From: Leucoraja erinacea
Taxonomy: Eukaryota
Length of the DNA: 64,000 nt
Reading direction: 5' to 3'
Assembly: GCF_028641065.1 (NCBI RefSeq)
Contig: NC_073397.1
Location: 26,350,001 to 26,414,000, forward strand
Below the pieces are notes generated by a model that saw nothing but the letters and a program-made list of their open reading frames with translations, was not told where the DNA came from and searched no databases. Below are positions 63,056 through 64,000 of this stretch, piece by piece. Numbering within the stretch: the first letter of the stretch is position 1; the number at the start of each line of letters is the position of its first letter. A program made the translations under genes and the position numbers.

Positions 63056-63602
63056 ATGTGCAAACTATCCCAATCCAATAAAATCTACAGCTTCCTGCTG
63101 CTATGGTTCCAAATACAGAGCAGAATAAGGACCACACTGCCAGTGGTTGTTAAATATTGCATTGATATCTTGTGATTTGGTGCACGATGTATATTTGTTA
63201 TAAGACCGTTTGGAAGAAGGAAAACCTCTAAAGTGCTTGCTATGGTAAACAGAACATCAAAAGATAAGTCTGTATATGAGCAGATGAATCTTTGTTCGTT
63301 GAGCAATCTTCTAAGATTGCTCCCAGTGATCACCATATTTGGCGCTTTTGAATAAAGTCTGGATTTTGTGTTGTGTTTTCAAGTTTTCTTTAACACCTCG
63401 GAGCTCCAGCGACCCAGGTTCATGTTCTCACTGAGGCCACATGGATTTCTCCCAGTTGATCAAATACCCTTTCATGTCCCAGAAGTGTGTGGGTTTGTAG
63501 ATTGTTTGCCCATTGTATCTAGGTGATTGGTAGAATACTGCATGGGTGTGGTGGCAATGTTAGTGGAGAATAAATGAGAGGAAAATTAGCGGGAGAATGA
63601 GA

Positions 63603-63760
63603 TTTGTAGGAAGGAATTGCAGATGCTGGTGTACACCAAAGATGGACACAAACTGCTGGAGAACTTCCTTCTCTCCAGAGATGCTGCCTGTCCCGCTGAG
63701 TTACTCCAGCTTTTTTGTGTCTATCTTAACTTTAAACCAGCATCTGAAGTTCCTTCCTAC
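63603..63760. mobile_element. PLE pLTR fold-back with centre deleted
   Basis: GTAGGAAGGAATTGCAGATGCTGGT ... ACCAGCATCTGAAGTTCCTTCCTAC inverted ends. Confidence 0.82.
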
Positions 63761-64000
63761 GAGTTGTTGCTACCACCACAGTGAACCATTGAGTAAATGT
63801 AGGGCAAGTGGTCTATTCACTGATGAACCTTGACTCCAGTGTGCAGCTCATACTGAGGCAGGCATTGTGCATATATTTGATAGAGCAGGCTGTTGGCTTG
63901 CCGAAACAGCGTTTTTCTTAACAGCTCTGGTGAACAAAGCAGTAGTCACAGTACGGGTAGAAATTCTGCAGGTTGCTGCAATACTGCATCACCATGAAGC

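Overview
Repeat-rich, AT-rich vertebrate genomic DNA (intronic or intergenic). The repeat repertoire points to a cartilaginous fish, probably a skate or ray (inference): HE1-like V-SINEs with (TAAAC)n tails, CR1/HER1-like LINEs, Neptune-type Penelope-like elements (PLEs), Rex1/Babar and RTE LINE fragments, two IR/DR Tc1 copies, hAT and other MITEs. I recognise no intact host protein-coding gene. The ORFs whose products I recognise are decayed transposon proteins; four isolated plus-strand exon candidates are weakly supported. The most notable signal is a family of 130-260 bp PLE-derived inserts carrying a minimal hammerhead-ribozyme motif (CTGAAGA-stem-GAAAC-GTH). Several have clear 9-15 bp target-site duplications (TSDs), and their 5' ends and fold-back junctions cluster at the ribozyme motif. 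The probable parent PLE (RT plus GIY-YIG, 53478-54753) is also present. Other unexplained structures are a ~140 bp unique-looking inverted repeat pair 3.2 kb apart, a 1039 bp TIR element with a 7 bp TSD, a GC-rich non-coding retroposon, and a MITE carrying the ribozyme fold-back. All alignments were made by eye; boundaries of decayed elements are approximate.
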